From NCBI GenBank assembly GCA_963844715.1, contig CAWJPJ010000001.1, positions 1 through 64,000 of the forward strand: 64,000 bases of DNA, in the 5' to 3' direction. Under the pieces are notes generated by a model, which was not told the DNA's origin, did not search any database, and saw nothing but the letters and a program-made list of their open reading frames with translations. A program made the position numbers and the translations under genes. The DNA comes from an uncultured Phycisphaerales bacterium (GTDB taxonomy: Bacteria > Planctomycetota > Phycisphaerae > Tepidisphaerales > Tepidisphaeraceae). How positions within the stretch are numbered: position 1 is the first letter of the stretch; the number at the start of each line of letters is the position of its first letter. Shown one piece after another: positions 58,585 to 64,000 of the stretch.

Positions 58585-60978
58585 CTACCCGCCGCTGGGG
58601 TTGGTTTGAGGATTGGTGGCGGGAGTCGGCCGAAGCTGATCCGCCAGACCAGGATAATTGGGATTGATGCGCTGAACCTGATGCCATTGATCGATCGCGG
58701 CGGCGTGTTGGCCGGCGCCGTCGAACACCGTGCCGAGATAGTCGTGGGCGTCGGCATCGTTGGGATTCAATGTGATCGCCTGCTGCAAAGCGGCGATCGC
58801 CTGTTGTGTCCGCCCGAGCTGGTTCTGCGCAAGCCCAAGAGCAACGTAGGCCGGCTCGTCGTCGTTCTCGGCCCGAATCGCGGCGATAAAGTGGTCGACC
58901 GCCGCCGCGGGCTGGTTATTGTTGAATAAAATAACGCCGAGGTTGTACTGGGCATCCGGAAAAGCCGGGCGAATCATTACAGCCCGCGCATAACAGCGAG
59001 CCGCCTGCGCCGGGTGGCCGAGGTCATCGAACGCGGAGCCCAACCCAAAAAATGTATCGGCGTCCTTTGGATTGATATCGATCGCCTGGCGATATTCCGC
59101 GATGGCGTCCGCTGGATGGCCCATCTTCCGCAGCACGTCCCCCTTGTTGCTGTGCGCCGTCGCCATGGCGGGGTTCAGCGCGATGGCCCGGTCATATTCG
59201 GCCAGCACTTCCGGCAGCCGATTGAGGGAACTCAGCGCATTGGCTTCGTCAAAATGCGCTTCATCGTCGCCGGGCTTGAAAATCAGCGCGTGCTGGAAGC
59301 AATCGAGCGCTTCCTGATACCTGTGAAGGTCGGAATCGGCAACTCCCTTGCTGATCCACGTGTTGGGAAATTCGGGATCGGCGCGAAGAGCGAGATCTAG
59401 GTAAGGAATCGCCTGGGCCGCCTGATGCTCGCTAACCAGCAACTCGCCCAGATGATAATTCGCCTGCCCATCCTTCGGACGATCGGCCAGCACGCGGCGA
59501 TATTCGGCGGCAGCTTCGTCGAGGTGCCCGGTGCGCTCCAGAACCAACCCCAACTTGAGGCGGGCGTCCGCGTAATCCGGCTTGATCTCCAGAGCCCGGA
59601 CGAACAGATCGCGGGCCTGATCCAGTTGCCCGTCGTTCACCAGAATGCTGCCGAGATAGCATTCCGCCAGGTAATTGTCGCTTGTGACCTCCAAGGCATG
59701 CCGATAGAGCACATGCTGATCGCCCCAGATCGAAATCTGATTCCACGTCCGCGCTGCACAACCCAGCAGAATGAGCGAAATAAAAACGGCGGCGGGTTTG
59801 GGCGCCTTGCGGAATAGCGGAGCCAAAGTCCAGATCAGAGCCAGCTCGATGCCGATCATCGGGAGATACGTGTACCGATCGGCCATGCCTTGCAGGCCGA
59901 CTTTGACCAGCCCGATGACCGGGACCCACATGCCCAGACACCAGAGCCACCCGACCAGAATCCAGCTCCGCCGCCGCCACTGTAAGAGGGCGATGAGCGA
60001 AATCGCCCCCACCACCGTCATGGAAAGCGCGACCGTCGCGGCGGGCCAATGGGCCGGGTACGGATAACCCACGGCCAATCCGAACGGCCAGAAGAATTTC
60101 TCCAGATAGAGAGCGACGGATACCACACAATTGACCAGCCGGCTTGCAAGCCCGAACGATTCGATAACCGCCCCGCCCGCTCTTTGCACCCGATAGGTGA
60201 CGATGCTGGAGGCAAGCGACATCACGAAAAAGGGAATCTTTTCCAGAACACAGCGGAGGAAACTCGCCGGATTAGTCACCCGCCGCAGCGGCCAGAAATC
60301 CAGCAGCAAAAGCACGCAGGGCAGCGTCACCAGCATCGGCTTGGAAAGCAGTCCGAGCGCCAGCGTCACCAGCGTCAGGACATAAAGCAAAACCGACTTG
60401 CCGGCGCGATGCGCCTGGGCATAGGCGGCATAACTCCAGATCGTTGCCAACCCAAAGAAACCACTCAGCACGTCCTTGCGCTCGGAGATCCAAACCACCG
60501 ATTCGACGCGCAAGGGATGCCAGGCGAATAGGGCCGCCGCCACGGCACTCGGCCAGAAAGACCCCGTTAATCGGCGAATCGCCAAAAACGCCAACACCGC
60601 GTTAAGGCTATGCAATAAGATATTGGTCGCGTGATGGCCGCGCGGGTTGTCCCCGTACAGCTTCCAATCGAGCATGTGCGTCAGCCAGGTGAGCGGATGC
60701 CAATTGGCGGCGTGGCCCGTGGTGAATGCCCAGCGGACGTTCTCCCACGTCAAACCCGTCTGCACGTGAATGTTCTGGGTGACGTAATTCGGATCGTCGT
60801 AACCCAGGAATCCATGATTGAGTGCGGGGCTGAAGAGCGCGAACGTCCCGACAAAAAGAACGGCGCAGACGACCGCCGTCCGAAGAATCTCGCCTCGATC
60901 CGCCGGCGCGCGGACCGAAACCGGCGAGATCTCTTCGCCAATTAATTGGTCGGTTATACTTTTCGAACTTTTGGTCAT
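58585..60978 (-). CDS. TMTC-like GT-C/TPR protein, copy 4 (intact ORF)
   Basis: 'GYDDPNYV', 'NWHPLTW', 'HPLRVESVVWISERKD', 'ADRYTYLP', TPR array. Confidence 0.9.
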   Translation of the reverse strand: MTKSSKSITDQLIGEEISPVSVRAPADRGEILRTAVVCAVLFVGTFALFSPALNHGFLGYDDPNYVTQNIHVQTGLTWENVRWAFTTGHAANWHPLTWLTHMLDWKLYGDNPRGHHATNILLHSLNAVLAFLAIRRLTGSFWPSAVAAALFAWHPLRVESVVWISERKDVLSGFFGLATIWSYAAYAQAHRAGKSVLLYVLTLVTLALGLLSKPMLVTLPCVLLLLDFWPLRRVTNPASFLRCVLEKIPFFVMSLASSIVTYRVQRAGGAVIESFGLASRLVNCVVSVALYLEKFFWPFGLAVGYPYPAHWPAATVALSMTVVGAISLIALLQWRRRSWILVGWLWCLGMWVPVIGLVKVGLQGMADRYTYLPMIGIELALIWTLAPLFRKAPKPAAVFISLILLGCAARTWNQISIWGDQHVLYRHALEVTSDNYLAECYLGSILVNDGQLDQARDLFVRALEIKPDYADARLKLGLVLERTGHLDEAAAEYRRVLADRPKDGQANYHLGELLVSEHQAAQAIPYLDLALRADPEFPNTWISKGVADSDLHRYQEALDCFQHALIFKPGDDEAHFDEANALSSLNRLPEVLAEYDRAIALNPAMATAHSNKGDVLRKMGHPADAIAEYRQAIDINPKDADTFFGLGSAFDDLGHPAQAARCYARAVMIRPAFPDAQYNLGVILFNNNQPAAAVDHFIAAIRAENDDEPAYVALGLAQNQLGRTQQAIAALQQAITLNPNDADAHDYLGTVFDGAGQHAAAIDQWHQVQRINPNYPGLADQLRPTPATNPQTNPSGG

Positions 60979-61021
60979 TCCGCCGGGCGAAATGATACCG
61001 AAAAGCCCTGGATTTGCGAAA

Positions 61022-61297
61022 TCATCGACGGTTCCTTACCAAAACAAAAACCGCTTCCGTCGCGTTCTTGTTCGCGTCGTCGTCGACGACCCGCATTTCC
61101 TCGCTGTTGATGCAAATTTTCCGGACGATGGAAATCCCCAGCCGCGCGCACAGCTCTTCTACATCCAAAATGGATGCGAATCGCCGGTTCGGCGTGTCGT
61201 ACCATTCGTACCCAAAGGTTCCTTCCATTTTCGGCGACCTACCCTCCCGCCAAAACATCTCGCGCAAACGCCAATATGCGAAATTGGGGAAGCTCAT
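61022..61297 (-). pseudogene. MetW-like methyltransferase, C-terminal half only
   Basis: 'SFPNFAYWRLR...GR.P......YEWYDTPN'; no SAM-binding N-terminus in frame upstream. Confidence 0.7.
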
Positions 61298-61729
61298 TCT
61301 CTTATTTTGCGCGAATCGGCGAAATCCACCGGTAAACAGGCCTTCTTATTGTTGCGCGGATTTGAAGAGTTTTCGGACCCACAGTGATAGGCGCCGGGGT
61401 GGACGACGAAGATCGGTACGGATTGATGAGGAGAAGGTGGGAGGAGGAATCGGGGAAGCGCCGGCGGAGGCGGGTTCAGACAGTGGCCGACCATCGTCCG
61501 AAGACGGAACTTGGGGCAAGGGCGGAGGCATGACCTCAGCGGCCGTCGCTTCACCCCCGGCGGGCACCAGCGCAAACTCTTCCGGCTCGGGAGGAACCAG
61601 CGGAATTTTCACCGGCGCACCGCAGACGCATGTTCCCGTTTTTCCCGCCTTGGCGGGCGTCCAGCGGAAACGCCGTCCGCAATCCGCGCAGCAAAAGGTC
61701 AGTTCACCTGTCGGCTCCATAACCCACAC
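61294..61729 (-). CDS. Hypothetical protein with a Zn-ribbon-like N-terminus and Pro-rich linker
   Basis: 'CADCGRRFRW.....GK...CVCG'; 3' end uncertain. Confidence 0.5.
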
Positions 61730-61907
61730 CCCTCAGGGCAAAGTGATACCGGCTTGGGGTTGGCGGAGCAATAATTTTATCAGATTGCCACATCGGACCC
61801 GCGAAATTGGCTCATTAATCGAAGCACTGCGACGCGGCCGCCAGAAGGCAAGCGATATCGGCAGTTTGACTTACCGATGCCAGAGCCGTTAAATCTGGCC
61901 GAATTCC

Positions 61908-62453
61908 ATGGGACTTCTCTCTCGCCTCCGCAACCTCCTCACTTCCGGCCGGCAATTGAAGCAATTGGTAGCCGACGGCCTGGTGGTCGGCCAGAACGTC
62001 CACATCGGCCCGATGTGCTTTCTCGACCCGGACACGTGCTGGATGATCTCGATCGGAGATAACTCGACCCTCGGGCCGCGCGTAACGGTTCTGGCGCACG
62101 ACGCCAGCACGCGAAGACACATCGGGTTCACGAAAATAGGTCGCGTCATCATCGGGAAGAACGTTTTCGTCGGGGCCGGCGCGATCATCCTGCCGGGTGT
62201 AACCGTCGGCGATAATTCCATCATCGGCGCTGGCAGCGTCGTCACCAAGGACGTTCCCGCCGGAACCGTCGTCGCCGGCGCCCCGGCGGTCGTCGTCGCC
62301 CAACTCGATCAACTTCTCGAAAAACACAAGCTGAAAATGAAAGACGCCCCGAAATATATGGCGGCGGAATGGCCGATTTCGGACGGGATCAGCGATGAGA
62401 AGAAACAGCAGATGGTGAGGGAACTGACGGGGCGGATCGGGTACATTGAGTAA
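61908..62453 (+). CDS. Hexapeptide-repeat acyltransferase
   Basis: 'IGKNVFVGAGAIILPGVTVGDNSIIGAGSVVTKDVP..VVAGAPA'. Confidence 0.92.
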   Translation: MGLLSRLRNLLTSGRQLKQLVADGLVVGQNVHIGPMCFLDPDTCWMISIGDNSTLGPRVTVLAHDASTRRHIGFTKIGRVIIGKNVFVGAGAIILPGVTVGDNSIIGAGSVVTKDVPAGTVVAGAPAVVVAQLDQLLEKHKLKMKDAPKYMAAEWPISDGISDEKKQQMVRELTGRIGYIE

Positions 62454-62584
62454 ATCAGAAATCCGAAGCCCGAAACCAGAATCAAATCCGAATGCCCAAA
62501 TGACCGAATCAAGGCGCGAGCGCCCTTCGGTCATTCGAGCATTCTGGTTTGATTCGGATTTCTGGTTTCGGGATTCTGGTTTCC
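62452..62584. repeat. Long imperfect palindrome built from 7-mer-like units between convergent genes
   Basis: cccgaaaccagaa...aatgaccgaa pairs with ttcggtcatt...ttctggtttcggg. Confidence 0.75.
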
Positions 62585-62588
62585 CGAG

Positions 62589-63170
62589 TTATACGAGGTC
62601 GCACGCCTCCGGCGGCATCCAATGCCTTTCCTTCCCCTGCCATTTCACGTTGCATCCGATCGGATTGGTCACTTCCACCGGCGGCTTCTTTCCCGCCAAT
62701 AGCGCATCCACCGCATCGCGCAATTCGTGGGTGGTTTCTTTGCCGGGATTGCGCGGGTTGTCGTCCATGCGGCCGGTGTAGCGGAGCTTCCGATCGGCGT
62801 CGAAGACGTAGTAATGCGGCGTGCGCAATCCGCCGTACGCCATCGCCACGTCCTGCGAATCGTCGCGCACGTAGGCAAACTTGAAATGCTTCTCCTTCGC
62901 GCACTGCACCATGTGGTCGAACGAATCCGTCGGATGCCCTTCGGTTTCGTTGGAATTGATCGCGATCATGGCCACGCCCTTGGGGGCGTAGTCATCGTAA
63001 AACTTGTTGATGCGATCTTCGGAGCCGATCACGTAGGGGCAATGATTGCAAGAAAAAAACACGATCAGGAGCTTGGCGTCCTTGAAGCTGGCGAGGGAAT
63101 AGGTTTTGCCATCGACGCCGGGGAGCTTGAAATCCGGGGCTTTTTGGCCGAGTTCGAGCGTGAATGCCAT
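62589..63170 (-). CDS. Thioredoxin-fold AhpC/TSA-like protein
   Basis: 'APDFKL', CNHCPYV, 'AINSN', 'YTGRMDD', 'IGCNVKW'. Confidence 0.92.
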   Translation of the reverse strand: MAFTLELGQKAPDFKLPGVDGKTYSLASFKDAKLLIVFFSCNHCPYVIGSEDRINKFYDDYAPKGVAMIAINSNETEGHPTDSFDHMVQCAKEKHFKFAYVRDDSQDVAMAYGGLRTPHYYVFDADRKLRYTGRMDDNPRNPGKETTHELRDAVDALLAGKKPPVEVTNPIGCNVKWQGKERHWMPPEACDLV

Positions 63171-63270
63171 AATCGGGTCCTTTCCGCGAATGATGTTTCG
63201 CGCATTATAGGCGACTTGATGGATGCGAGACAGTTTTTTGATAGCGTCGGATTGCCGATAACATACAGGT

Positions 63271-63885
63271 ATGAACTTCCTAAATAAAAAGAAACTGATT
63301 GCCTGGATCGCGCTGATCCCCCTGCTGCCTTGGATTGGCGGCGACGTGCCCGCCATCGCCCGTCATCACGACGACTCCAACCCCGCGGGAATAGCCAGCA
63401 CCTATTTGCCCGACGTGAATCTCTCCGGTGACGATCTGGCGGCGATACTCGGGGTCTACGTCTGGAAATTCGAATTGAATCTGCCGGACGGGAATTACCG
63501 CGTAGGCGTCTCGGTTCTGAAACAGGGAAAGCACGGCAACCCCGACCCGATCGGCGGGATGATTACGCCGATCACCGTCGGACAAACGCCGAACCAGGTT
63601 TTGGTGGCGCTGGTGCCGGTGGACGGAACGATTTCCGATGCCGCGAAAGTTCGCGTGGTCATCGCCGGGCTGGGGCAGCTCTCGGCGACGACGATTGATA
63701 ATCCGGTTCAGGGAATGGCGATTGGACTCCCGCAGAAACCGGAGAAGCCGAACGACCTGACATACGTGCTACTGGGCGGGTATCGCGGGCACACGATCCT
63801 GTCGCCCGTGACGGGGAATGCGGATCGGATGATCCTGGTGAATTTTCAGTCCCAGATCATTCCGCCGCCGGATGACAATAATTGA
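63271..63885 (+). CDS. Hypothetical exported protein
   Basis: Intact 204-aa ORF with a basic/hydrophobic N-terminus; family not recognised. Confidence 0.65.
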   Translation: MNFLNKKKLIAWIALIPLLPWIGGDVPAIARHHDDSNPAGIASTYLPDVNLSGDDLAAILGVYVWKFELNLPDGNYRVGVSVLKQGKHGNPDPIGGMITPITVGQTPNQVLVALVPVDGTISDAAKVRVVIAGLGQLSATTIDNPVQGMAIGLPQKPEKPNDLTYVLLGGYRGHTILSPVTGNADRMILVNFQSQIIPPPDDNN

Positions 63886-64000
63886 AGATTAGTTGCGAGT
63901 TGCCAGTTGCGAGTAAAAACTCGCGACCGTCAGGCCACTTCTTCCTGCGGCTCTTCCGGAATATGCAAGGCGGGTTTTGATTCGGCTTTGCCGTTGCCAT

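Overview
Error-prone sequence (most long genes carry apparent indel frameshifts) that looks like a join of two unrelated genomes at about 10,864. The left part (1-10,863) is very GC-rich and actinobacterium-like: NitT/TauT ABC transporter, Thr-rich membrane protein, esterase fragment, GAP family protein, cytochrome P450, IS630 remnant, large ATPase-LuxR regulator and a truncated GH3. The right part is Planctomycete-like (taxonomy is inference) and has four blocks. (i) An anaerobic-metabolism island of about 29 kb: hypFCDE, PFOR, a DHOD-like flavoprotein, adenylate kinase, acetate-CoA ligase/GNAT, USP, membrane PPase, a heme-PAS kinase with a NarL-type regulator, PSRP, PEPCK, two Cys-less HypB paralogues and a Rieske/cyt b/cyt c/porin operon. 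(ii) A small integrative mobilisable element beside a tRNA(CAT). (iii) S10 peptidase, double FKBP, a PL9-like beta-helix protein behind a structured leader, and four TMTC-like GT-C/TPR genes. (iv) A few housekeeping-type genes. The best finding is a gap-free 43-bp operator with a -10-like hexamer exactly 22 nt downstream, seen at seven promoters of the island. It suggests one regulon, plausibly O2-sensing, linking fermentation, hydrogenase maturation and a bc-complex/porin module.
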